DNA from: Octopus bimaculoides
Taxonomy: Eukaryota
Length of the DNA: 64,000 nucleotides
Reading direction: 5' to 3'
Assembly (NCBI RefSeq): GCF_001194135.2
Contig: NC_069003.1
Coordinates: forward strand, 32,875,051-32,939,050
Shown: positions 31,681-45,300 of the stretch, one piece after another
Numbering within the stretch: the stretch's first letter is position 1
Layout: each line of letters opens with the position of its first letter
Translations under genes and position numbers: made by a program
The notes under the pieces: generated by a model
Database searches by the model: none
Told to the model about the DNA's origin: nothing
The model's input: the letters and a program-made list of their open reading frames with translations, nothing else

Positions 31681-34600
31681 AAAAAAAATCAAGGTTTTGG
31701 ATTTGGTCCGGGTATTAAAAAGGTTGAGAGCCACTGATGTAGACATTGAAAAAATATATCATGATTGGAGATTAACCAATCAAAATGCAGTTTAGATATG
31801 AAACTTGTAAAATATTTCGGCTCTCAGATATTTAGTCATACATTTCAGCTTAGAACAACTAAAAGGAACAGAAATGTAACTCACAGGAGAATCAAATTTA
31901 ACTGAATCTTGCTGCTCAGATGGCGGCAGGTATTCTTTAGACGGAGTAGCGACACCTTCAGCTTCTTCATATTCACTACGATTTTTTTCTTCTTCGACTT
32001 TCTTTTTCTTTTCCTTCTTCCTCTCTTTTGTCCGTTTCTCTTTCTTCTTCTTTTGTTTCTTTGAAGATAGAAACAAAACAAACATCAGCATATATCAAAG
32101 AATATAAACAAAAATGGACGAAACAGTAATAACAATCCTTTCTACTAAAGGCACAAGGCCTGAAATTTTGAGGGGAGGGGACTAGTTGATTACATCGACT
32201 CCAGTGTTTCACTTTATCAACTCCAAAAGGATGAAAGGCAAAGTAGACCTTGGCGGAATGTGAACTCAGACGGTAAACATGGACGAAATGCTGCTAAGAA
32301 TTTTGCCTGGCATGCTAATGATTCTTCCAGCTCACTGCCTTTCAAACAGTCATAATAATGAAATGGAATGACGACAGATGACTGATGATGATGAATTATC
32401 AAGATTCAGTTAGGTATGTAATTGAAAACATCTTATGAGCTTTGTTCCTTTGTATCCCTCACACAACCAAATCCCAAAGTTCTGAACTGGTTCACCTGAA
32501 CTGTAGCAAAGAATACTATCTACAACCCACACCTCAAAGGCTATTGTCAGGAAAGAAAAGGATGCCTTCAACCAAAATGTCACTATTAACAGTGCCACTG
32601 CTGAAAAGTATCCACATTTTCAGCCCGATTCGTTTTCAACAGGCACTCTTCAGTCAACAGAACTCCCCCCAAACTGTGTGCTCCAAGGCTAGCTGCTTCA
32701 TCACCATTATCATTATTTTAATGTCTACTTTTTCATGCTAGCATGGGTCAGATAAAACTACAGTGAAACAGAATTAGTTATGGTTGGATGACCTTCCTAA
32801 TGTCAACTGACAACTGTTTCCAAGCAAGGTGATAACCCCCTCCACCCAGATGGAAACTGTATAAAGCCTGTCATATGTGTATAGACAGCTCTGAAATTTA
32901 GTAATGAAAAATACAAAGATTTTGGTCTTTCCATGAAGGAATTAGTGAAATAATAAAATGAGTTAATGAAAAAAAAACCCATTCCACATACTTCGGTACT
33001 CAAATGACTATTATCTTTAGAATCAGTTGTTTGAACTCGGCCAGAAACTGGTAATGTTACAGAATTGACCGTTTCTATCTTTGCTTGGTTCCTTGAGTGA
33101 GCAGCAGAAATATCTCCAGCGGATAACCAGAACTCTAAATCTTCATGCTAGAAAAATAAAATAAAGAAAGAAAATAAATTTTTAAAAAATATGACACACT
33201 GCCATGTGTATGTGTGTGTGCATGTGTATCTATGTGTGTGTGTGTGTGTATAAATACTCAGTCCTTACTTGTGCTTGGGGATCTTCTGCTGGCAGCTGCA
33301 AGGGTAACGAATCTTTGCCATGAGCAGAGATTATATTAGTTTCTCCATTTACTCTATTATCATCAAAAGATGCAGAACTTAATTCTTTTTTCTGAATCTT
33401 TCTCTCCTGCAAAAGAAATTTTCCAAAGGAAAATTAAACAACAAAAAAGAAGAAAAATACATAATAAAACAAAATAAATAAAATAAGTTAGATTTTTAAT
33501 TTCATTTTAATTAAATCCTTCATTACCACCATCGGTTTTTCATCCATTCTCTAGGCTTCTTTGGATGAAATAGCTTATTTTGATTACACCCAGCTGTAAA
33601 AACAATTGTTTGGCTTTACTGCAGAATGATTTTCTTCTGTTAACCGCTCAACTATGCAATTAAATGAAACCTGTTTTTATTTTTAATCATACATGTAAAC
33701 TGGAGCAATAATTGACCTTGTGTAGTGAGCAAAATAAATGACAAGTAGAAATAATTATGTAATAAAAGAAAAAAAAAAAGAGCCATATTTGTAAATGGCA
33801 AATACTATTTTAATTTTCTGGCAAGTATGGGAGATAATTCTTAATATTTCAGTCTTGTTCTGAACTCATCACTGAAATGGCTGAAGTACTGAAGAAAGAT
33901 ACAATTCATCTAGTGGATGTAAAATGTCTGGTACAGGAAGATAGAATTGTTTAAAGAGAAAATGTCTTGTGACACAACCAACCACACGGTTTTGTGACTT
34001 GCTCAGAGTACAATGGCTGAAGGAAGATTTGAACTTTTGATCATGTGTTCAGCAGACCAGCACCATAACCTCACAGCCATTATCCACTTCAAAAATTTTT
34101 TGGTAACAACAAAATTATATCAAGTAAATATTATCCATCCATCCATTTTCTCTACCTACTTTTCCGAGAGGGTTGTGGAGGGCAGAGTTCTCAGGCACCT
34201 CGTCCATAGGGTCCTATAAGAAACAACCATCATTAGACTTTCTGGTTGAATTTCAAAGTGTGACCAACTGAAACCATGGATATTATCCAACCATTTCATT
34301 CTTGGTCTAATCCTTGGTTTCTTTCTGGTTGGCTTGACTTGAAGAATTCATTTTGTGATTCTTTCCTGCAACATTCTAATCCCAATTCCATGGTGCCGTA
34401 GCTGTGACCTCTCAGTTTGGAGAGACAGTGGCTTGACCTGGCGAAATTCCCTCAAATCCAAGCCACCGTACCTTGTTGAGTAACGTTATTCCAGAGAGTA
34501 TGATACAACTGGCTGGAGCAAAAGAGTCATTATTAGAATACAAAGGAACAATACATTGAATTGTAATATTTTTAGGGAGTGAGAGCATTGTTGATTTTAT

Positions 34601-36495
34601 CAACCTCAGTACTTGACTGCTGCTTTATTTTAGTGACTCTGGAAAGATGAACAGCAAAGTTATTGTGGCAGGATTTGAACTCAGAACATACCAAGTCATA
34701 AAATATATATTAAAAAAAAAGAAGTTCTTACCTTCTTCTTCTTCTTACTCTTGTCCTTTTCTTTTTTGCTTTTCTTCTTTTGTTTCTCCAACTCTAATGT
34801 ATCAACTCCAACTTCTTCCAGGTTATTATAGTCTAAGACTACATGGTGTGTTCGAACAGGTAACTTTTCATCTTCACGTAATGGCCTGTAAAAATGGCAA
34901 AAGTTAAATATCTCACAAGTCAATTATGATTAAAACTTTAGGAAATGCCCCTTTATAATGGTAAAATAAAACAAAACAAAACATAAATATTAAAGAGGCT
35001 GATAGAGACAACAAACCCAGTACAGATGAATTATTTAATATACATACTCGTCAAGATCAATGTTCAGTTTTCTGTGAGGATCATCAGCATTCTTGTCATC
35101 ATCATCTTTATCTGATAAATGAGCACCCTAATAAAAAATCATTTAGAAAGTACTTTTAGATAATACTAAAATATAATGGAAATGGTAAGACTAATACATT
35201 CATCCATACAACTAAGACAAAAGTGAAATGATGAATAAATTTATAGACTAGCTCATACCTCTGGCATGTCCATCACAGTGCTAACTGCATTCACAGAGCC
35301 ATCTACTTCCTCCTCATCAGTATCAGAATAATGTTGTCCTTTCCTTTCTCTCTTCCGCTTTGTTTTCTTAGATTTCTTACCACTGGTTGCAGAGCTTCCA
35401 ACTGGTTGGTGGGTTGTACCATCAAGCATACTGTTTCCCAGCTTCAAGTACTTGTCTGAAGAGGAAAGACCTGAGGAGAAAATCATTTCCACAGAAGTCA
35501 AGCAAGTGTGAGTACAATACAGCAGCCATACTGGCACCCACGGCAGGCAGCCATGTTACTTTCAGCAAGCCAAAGGAAGGAAGGAAGGAAGGAGATAAGC
35601 TTTGACTGTGGATTTTTTTTTGTTTGTTTCTTTTTTTTTTTGCTTTTTTTTTTTTAAAAATTAATTACACAAGGCTAACCAATATGTACCGAGTTCTAAT
35701 GGGGGTGGTGCTTTTTCTGGTGCAATGCAAAATACTCACAACAAAAGCATGCATATAAAGAAGATCAACAAATTTAAAAATGACGAAACTATTTTCAGGA
35801 GAATAAAAATAGTTTGTCAAATCTTGTTTTGTTATCATAAACAAAACAAATGAAATACAAAAGAGGAACAATTTAAAAAAAAATTTTTTTCTAACCTGAA
35901 GACCATCTTAAATCTAAAAATAAAATATTTAAAATTTTAGTCAACCCTTTTGTGATAATATTGAAAAAAATAATCAAGAATTTGAAAAGATTTAGTAAAA
36001 CAATTTTGTTATTAGTTAAGCTGGTGTTTATTTGAAATTATGAGAGAAGGTTTTAATTTAGATATAAACACTTCAAAAATAAGGTGATCACAGAGCCAGG
36101 GGGCATTTTCATGCAGATTATTATTATTATTGAAGGGTTAACTGGGTTTAGTCAAATATTTTATTAGTAAAGTACATTTATGGGAGATATAGTCTTTAAT
36201 GTTTAGAAAATAACTTTTAGCAACTTTTAGGGACACTATTTCAGTGATTCAATTTTTCTGCTATTCAACTTTATAAGTAATGTCCATAATATAAAATCTT
36301 TCCATGCTTGTATGGTCAGATGGTCTTCTTTCAGTTTCCACCAACCACATCCAGTTAATAAGACTTTAGTCAGCCTGGGGCTACAATAGAAGATATTTGC
36401 CCAAGGTACCACACACGGAGACTGAGCACCTGACCACATGGTTGGGGGGGGGGGCAAGCTTCTTAACCACACAACCATACTTGCATATCTGGCTA

Positions 36496-36546
<51 letters not shown>

Positions 36547-39500
36547 AGATGTTGCATTCAGTATAGGAGAGAGTTTTTCAACCGCAAAAGTTTTTTGACC
36601 AAAGTGGGGGAGGAGGAAGGAGGGGGGAAACAAGGGAAGTGGTGAGGTGCCAAAAGATAGTGAAAATGTGTGAGAAGAAATAATAGATGTAGGATAGAAA
36701 GAAAATGTGCTGCTATGTATTGTGAAAAGACATATAATGAATTGAAAAGTAAAAGCAAAGAAAAAAAAATAAAAATAAGAGAGAGGTTTAAATGAAAAGT
36801 GATAAAGACAGTGTGTACTGATAATCTTGCATATATTGGTAATCTTCTTAACTTTTAAAACCTATACCATACACAACAACACCATCTACCATCAAATCCT
36901 GAACTACAGTTCAAATAGAATTGTTGTTTTAGGGTTAAAAACTAGAACTGAACACTCATCTGTGTGAGAGGCAAAGTTTGTCTTTGGCGTTTTATCAAGT
37001 AAAATTATTGGGATACTTTTTACTTTCAAATTTTGAGCTGAATGGTATTAGTAGCTCGAGTGTCGAGTTAGAATTTGTTAATATTATTTATTAACAATAT
37101 ATTTTGTAATCACTTATTCATAAAGAAATCAATAACTTGTTAACATATGTGAAATTGACTGTGTAATTATGTGTAATTGACTGTATTCGACCTAACTTGG
37201 TAGGTGAAAGAAAAACCATCAATAATAGGTCAGCTTGATCATGTCTAAACAAAAAAGATTATCCTAGGTCAGCTTGATCAACACCTATTGATTCTAGTAA
37301 TTACCATCCTCATTTTAGGTTTGTTTTCCAACCTAGCATGCATCAGGTGGATTGTCACACTGTTAGTGACTTCTTATCCAGGGTTACTACCCATCAGGAC
37401 AGGGTAGCCGGACCACATCTCACATATGTGTTCCACTTTTGATATGGTCCCCATGACTGGTACATTTTGCTGCGACACCAACACTAAAGAATTGGCCATG
37501 TCCTTAACAAGACTAAAGGGTCCTCTTGGTCTTGCACTGTCTCCACTCATTCACTACCCACTACACAAAGTGTACAAGATGCATTTTATCATGACACCAA
37601 CACTAACAGGTTGCCTCATGCCTTGCAAGGAAAACATGCCTCACTATTTTGCAGTGTCTCCATTCATTCAAAGTCACAACTAATTCTTATAATACTAACC
37701 CTTATTTACTGAAACACTCATTTCTAAGGTTATATGCTCTATCTACAACTAACTTCTCAACAGTGAAGTAGGAACAGAATCTATGGTTAGGCTTATTAAC
37801 TGAAACAAAACATTATATTGGGTCCAAAGAGCTTCTACATCAGACATGGGCAACACTTTACAAAAAGTGGACTGTATGAGACATGGCGAACTGCACTACA
37901 AAAAGAAAAATCCAAGGTAATGGTTGTTAGGTATGCCATTCAGAAAGTCCCATGCGCTGCAGTTGGCCCATGACTGTTCTACATGGTGAATTGACTTGCT
38001 AGAAATAGCAACCAAATCTTTCTCGAACCACATCATAATATCTTTTTGAAAATACATGGATGCATTGAATAATGTAATCCTCTTGCATACAATATATCTA
38101 AAAGATAGGTTAGTCAGAGCTGGGAAAATCTTAATCATAAGTCTGTTTGGTCAGACTTGACTAAGAAAACAATAACGATGGAAATGGAAATCTTGTTCAA
38201 GAGATAAAAAGAAAACCCCAGAAATGATTTCTAGAAGGAAGTAGATTTGTAATAGCAAAGGTAGAATGAGATTTAAGATGCAAAAGATATAGAAGAGCTA
38301 TAATGAATTCTTAATGAACGACATTCAAATAGTAAAAGATTTGAGTATTCCAAGCAAAAAGTAACCTAGATGCACAGAGGAGTGTACCAAGAGTACATAA
38401 AGAAATTAGAGAAGGAGGAGGAATAGTAGTAGTGAGCCGATAAGGAGACTTAAAGCAGGAGTGAAAAAGACCGGAGAAGCTGAAAGCTTGAATTATGAGT
38501 TATGACAGTTAAAATGGACATTTTAAACATGTGATAAAACTACTCAAGCAAAATTTAAATAATGCAGATGTGTAATAAGAATGGCAAGAGGATAAGGTAT
38601 GAGACAAGCAGATGAGAGATCAGTGGCTCATCACCTGACAGAGGTAATGCAGTGTGTCTGTGGTCAAGAAACTTAAAATCTCAAATGGGCCAGGCCACCC
38701 ACCTATTAAAAGGTATTACAGGATAAGAAAAAAAAAAGCTGTTCAATGCTGTTCCAAAGAGCAGCAGCTGAGTTCAATTCCACCTCTAGGTATAGCTCAT
38801 GCAGGTAAATGGGGAAACCACTGAAGTGTAATATTCCCAAGAATCACTCTACAAAGATGACTTCATCAGAGGTGTTCCTCAAATAACCAACAAAGGCAGA
38901 GGGAGTCTGATGGCCAGTAATAAACATATGAGGAAATAGTAAATAATTTACAGAGTCAATGTAAGAATGGAAATAGATTTTAAAAAATACTTTGATTAAA
39001 ATTTGTATTGGATTTATGAAAAAATGCATTGAGATTTCTTTCAACAATTTTGAGACTATATTTCTAATAGAAATACACACGCTATTTATATGTTTTATTT
39101 AATTTTGAAAATAATTAAGAATTTGAGAGGATTCTAATGAAATATCTTTTCTGTTATTATGCTGATGTTTATGACAAGAAATGATTATTACATAAAGTTA
39201 TGATGGAAAGTTTTAATTTAAATATGAAACATTTTAAAATTAGAGTTTTATATTCTAAACCAGAGGCAGTCTCAACCCCTGGATGGTATCCAAAGGGTCG
39301 AAAAAGTTAGATAAATAAAAACACTAAGCTAGTTTGCATATTTTACAATATCAAAATCTTGCTTATTGTTTGCTTTTTTTTAATTCCAAATCTCTTTTCT
39401 TTGAATATTTCTTTTTAATAATATAAACAATTTCTGTAAATGAAATAATTTTATTAGTAACATTCAACAACAACAACAATCCATTATAGCAGCATTTATA

Positions 39501-42261
39501 GAGACCTCAACAAGCAACAATGACCAGGAGGAGAGGAGGAGGAGGAGGACATCCACAAAGCAGGTGTGCCATGCAGTCTTACCTGGGACATGTAAAGGCA
39601 CAGACAGATCAATATCTGCGACAGGAATGTCTTCAATATTGATGGATTCATATCTTTTACTCTAAAAAAACAAACAAAAAGAAATTTTATTTCTCAGACT
39701 ATTAACTTTTCCAATTAATCGTTTTTAAATATTTTCAGAAGCTCTATTTTTAATCATTGTTAGTGATTATCTCCAGGTCAGCGTTGATCAAGTAGACCAA
39801 TTGTACTGTGTAACAACATTTTTATTTATTCAATTATTTTTTTTTTGTCTTTGGTCAGTAAGTGTTATTTCCTATTTGCTTCTATCTAGAAATCAAAGGA
39901 AATGACTACCCTTCCCTTCAAATTTTGCTTTTCTGACCTGGACATCAATGTTTTGAAACTGACCTATTTTCCATTACATTTCAGACAGATTCAGTGCTGA
40001 GTTACTGAAGCAGAAATATCATTGTAGCAAATATTCTGCTCAATACCACAGATTTGTTTGCCAGTTGTTTGACCTTAACCACTTGAGCATGTCCCTTAGA
40101 GGCTGACAATATATGCATCTCTGATCATAAACAGGAGTAGTGGGAGAACATCATAGCCATGTGCTGAGATGGATTCTTCGAGAGGTTTGAATAAATATTG
40201 TAACTAAGGTGCAAGCCATGCTTTACTTGTGAAAGACCAGTAGTTGCTTAGTACTACAAGTCCTATCTTTCCATGCCACTGATCTTATCCAAATCAAAGG
40301 CAAGACTAATAGAATTTGAAACCAGTGTCATTGCAGAAGTTGCATTCAGAATACAGAGAACCCTAAAAGACATTGTAAAGCATTCCATCCGATATGGTAA
40401 CTATTCTGCCAATCCATCATTCTGGACTGCTACATTTTCTTAATAAACATCAAGCATATGGAAGGCAACGTTGTCCATGACAAAATTTGGACTCAAGGCA
40501 GAGACACACAGAACAAATATGCTCAAATGACTCAGTCAATTCACCACTAAGGGTGAATCTACAACTGTATTATGCAGTTCGGTAGTATAATAGCAGTTAT
40601 GCTACATTACATTTTATGAAGTCAAATTATATAATATCAAATATACATAATTATATAATATCATATATAAATAAATACCATACTTACTTTGCTTTTACCA
40701 TCATCTTTCAAATAATGAGGATTATGCATTTGTTCAATTCTCCTTTGTTCACGTCGCTAAATAATAGAAAAGTTTTAACAGGATTATATATAACTAAGAG
40801 ACTATCAAAGATGAATAAACTGGTTTGCTTTAATACCTGTTGGTGAGGGTGGAGGATAGACATACTCATTTAAACCAATCTCAGCACTTCATGATTATAA
40901 TAATTCAAATGATAATGATGAAGATGATCATCTTCTCTACCATAGGTACAAGGCCTAAGATTTGGAGGAAGATGGATAAGTTGATTACATTGACCCCAGT
41001 ACTTAACTGGTACTTATTTTATTGACCCCCAAAAGGATGAAAAGGCAAAGTTGGCTTCAGCAGAATTTGAACTTGGGACAGAGAAATGGATGAAATGCCT
41101 TTAAGGATTTTGTCCAGCATGCTAATGATTCTGCCAGCTGGCTTCCTTGATGATAAATAATAATAATAAAGATAATCCTTTCTTTTACAGGCCTGAAAGG
41201 AGGGAGGAGTAAGTTGATTATATTGACACCAGTGCTCAACTGGTACTTATTTCACTGACCCCAAAAGGACAAAAGGCAAATTCTACTCGTTGCTGTTGAT
41301 GGTAGTGGTGATGACTTTTTATTAAGTATTATGAACTTCTTTGACCCTTCAGTCCATCCAATGAGGCAACTGTTATTTGAGTGTTCCGGCTCAAACCCTG
41401 GTCTCCTCACATAGCCACTATCCACATCAAATGCTTACAACTTGCCATTTTCCTATCCAACATATGCGAACCCACAGCATTTAATCCCCACCTCCAGAGA
41501 GAGACTTTTCAAACTGCTAACTAATCCTTCTCACATCAGATACCTTGAATTTGATGATAGTAACAAAGAATCATCTCCTTTAATCACTCTGAGTTCATCA
41601 TCATCAGTGATCATCACAGAAACAGATCTACCAGACACCTGTTTTTATTATGTCACACAACGTTGATGAGTTTAATGTAAGTAAAATTGAACACCAATAA
41701 AACCTCCATCACAGCTGACACAAAACCCTTCAAGTACAGGCTCTACTTGCTTCTCACATCTGGCACAAGAACTTTTAAGTATGAGCTCTGCCTGTCTCTC
41801 ATATATTGGTTTCATAATTGGCTGTCAGACTGTCTCATTCAAACATTAAACCTGTGGAAGACAATTTACACCATTTGACAAGTGAAATGGTACTTACCCT
41901 TTCTAGCTCTTCTTCAGTTGGTTCAGCTATCTTTTTAACATCATTTTTATAAGTTGATCTTTAAAGAAATGTCACAAAATTAACAGTCTTTCATATGTTA
42001 ATAGTTCTTAAGTGAATCTTAAGAGTTGAATTTTGAAAAACAAATGCTTCGGTAACAGAAAATATAATTTGTTTTAGAAAGGAAATACTAACATAAATCA
42101 ATTTCATTATTATATATCAATAAAGATAATGAATACAGTCTTTAACAAAAATTTGTTAATTAAAATCCTGACACTAAATGTGTCTTTTCATGATCTGCCT
42201 ATATATATATAAATATATATATATTGATGATGCAAACAGGAAAATAGAACTTAAAACATGA

Positions 42262-42296
<35 letters not shown>

Positions 42297-42992
42297 ATAT
42301 TACTATCCAGTGAAGCAAACAGGAATTACCCAGAGAGATTTATGGAATGACTGACACTAATAGTAGTCATAGATGTTAACTACTGATTGATGTGGTTAGC
42401 CATAACCTGGAACATAACTGAGAGCCACCACAGTATCCACCTGGTTCATATATCCCTCCAAACTCACACACATACATATATACATATATATATATATTAA
42501 CATATGAGATTGACATCGCCTGTACAGGTGCACAGTGTACATGTCAGATATTAAAGTGATCACAGAACGATGCTAGATGAAATGTTTTGCTAAAAGCTTC
42601 ACCTGGTCTGAGAATTCAAATCACAATCTTGTGATTGTGAGTGCAACACCTTAACCATGAGGTTATGTGCCCGCACTTGTTATCAATGTATAAATACAAA
42701 TATACACTAGAATAAAGAAGTTAAAATTAGTAAAGAGACGTAAAACAACTACTTCTAAAATACTATCAGCAATGGCAGATCAATAAAAATAAATCATGTG
42801 TGTTAAAGACTGTAGAAGGCTTTGGCAATGAATATGAGATAAATTGACATACTTGTGGTCGTCTCCTGTTGTTGTAAATAATGATGTGCCTCTGATTTCT
42901 TCATCAGAACTGTCAGATGGAATTTCATTGATCCAACGATCCAAATCCAGCCTTGACAATATGAACATAAAAAGGTATTAAGTATGCATATA

Positions 42993-43037
<45 letters not shown>

Positions 43038-45246
43038 AAGTCACATATGGCAGTTATTTGTTAAGTTTAAGAATTACAAAAGCACGGCTTACACACCAGC
43101 AAATACAGTATTGTAAAAAAAAAAAGTTACAAAAAAGATGGATAGCAGTAAAAATATTTAAAAAAAAAAAATATTATACTTTTACCAATTTGACTGATTA
43201 ATACAAAAATCTAATATTTTATTTTATTATTCCAAGGAGATAAATCACTGAATGTTTTAGTCTTAAAATTTGAGCATACATCATCATTTATACAGATGAG
43301 TGAACTGGAGCAACGTGAAATAAGGTGTCTTACTCAAGAACACAACACGTAGTCCACTCTGGGAATCAAACTTCTTACCTCGTGATTGTGAGCCCAACAC
43401 ACTAACCACTGAGCCATGTGCCTACTAGGTAAGTTTACATACATTATATCATGCCTTGGACAAGGTTCCCCATTGACTGGCCGCTGATATTAAATGAAGT
43501 GTTAAAAACTAATGCCATGAAAATTTGTGGCTCCAGTTCTCTGACTAGATTTGATATGTATACAAGCAGAATGGCTACTTGTTTCTCTAGTATTGGTCAA
43601 ATGATGGAGACATCTCTGATGAGCCCAATAAGGATTGAAAATCAATTAAGGCCTTTCGTTATTTTTTCAACTTGCTGAGAACAGAAGGTATGCAAATAAT
43701 ATGCCTTACTAAGATGATGAAAGTCATGAACCATTTTCATTTCAGAATGTAAAACATTTGAGTTGATAGAAGTCAGGATAAAAATGGAGGAGAAATAATG
43801 TGTGTGAAATAATGTGTCCTTTTGTCATCAGACATGACTGAGAGAAGAAACAAACTTCAGTGGCAACCATCCAAGGAAAATCCATAAATGGTTGTCATTG
43901 TAGATGGATAATTTCAAGATGAATGGAGATGATGTACCACAGAGACATCCGTTTTAACAACTGGAGTAAAATGAGTAAAAAAAATGATGATGGAGTTTTA
44001 CTTAGATTCAAAGTATCTGATTGATTAATTTTAATTAAGTTGTAACGAAAAAAAAAAAACGAAAAAAAAAGACTCTCCACATACTTATCAGGCACAGGCA
44101 CTTTTCTTTGAGCCTTTAAAGCAACAGGATTCAATTCTCCAGAAAACAAACAAGCTATTTCCTCTGCTAAATGATTTCCTTTTTCTTGAAGTTTCATAAC
44201 ATATTTAACCAATTGCAAAACGCAGCAAGCCTTGAAAAAAAATTAAAGAAAAAAAATAGAGAATAACATAAAAATATTTCCAAAGTACAAATACATACAT
44301 ACATACAATATGCATCTTTTGTTTTTTTTAATATATTTTTACTTGTTTCAATCATTAGACTGCTGCCATGCTGGAGCACTGCTAATTTACATTAGCTCTT
44401 CCTAAACTTGTGATCCTTAGTTTTTGATGAGCCACAGGCAAAAGAGTATATATACGAAGGGGTGCTGAAAAGTTCACAGCTTTCAAGGCATCATGCAAGT
44501 CCTGGTTGAAGGCCCCAACCTTCCAAGTTTTTTTTTTACAGGGCTTAGAAAAAGTGAACGACTGCTGCAATAAGTGTGTGAATCTGAGAGGAGGTATATT
44601 AAATAACACCATAATTAACAATTAAACCAGCCCTGATACGTGAGTACACTACTTTATTAGCCCAGGCAGGACGAAAAGCAAAGCTAGCCTCAAGAAGATT
44701 TGAACTCATAACATAAAGGGCCAGGGGTCGCACCAGGTTCCATAGTCTGTTTTGGCTTGGTTTCTACAGTTAGATGCCTTTCCTAATGCCAACCACTCCA
44801 CAGAGTGTACTGGGTGCTTTTTACATAACACCATCACCAGTGCTTTTTATGTGGCACCAGCACCACCCACACTAATGACTCTAGCAACCCACCATCTTGA
44901 ATTATTAATCTTTTTTTTTTTCTTTCAATAACAAAAGTCTAATGAATTTCTAAAATCTAAAACCAATATTTTGGAGAGAAATATCTTACCCTCTCTTGAA
45001 CTTCAAGATCAGCGCTCTGTATAAACATTGGTAGTTTATCCAGGAGCATCTGACCAGTTTCTTTCATTGTGGCTTCATCTTCTTCTTCTTCCGCTTTCTT
45101 CAAGATATTTGAATATAATTTCACTAAATTCTGAACATACACACTCTGAATATGACCTGGTAAGGCGGTAATCTTGGGGCGAAGCATAGCTTCCAAAGTA
45201 GACTTTGGATCTTTCAAATACCTAAAATAAATTGTTTTTAAAAGGA

Positions 45247-45300
<54 letters not shown>

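Noticed and set aside
31618-31692. Poly-A run of about 55 nt suggesting a retrocopy tail
   Set aside because: No processed coding sequence is adjacent. It lies within a decayed hAT-like end, and homopolymer length is unreliable in short-read assemblies.
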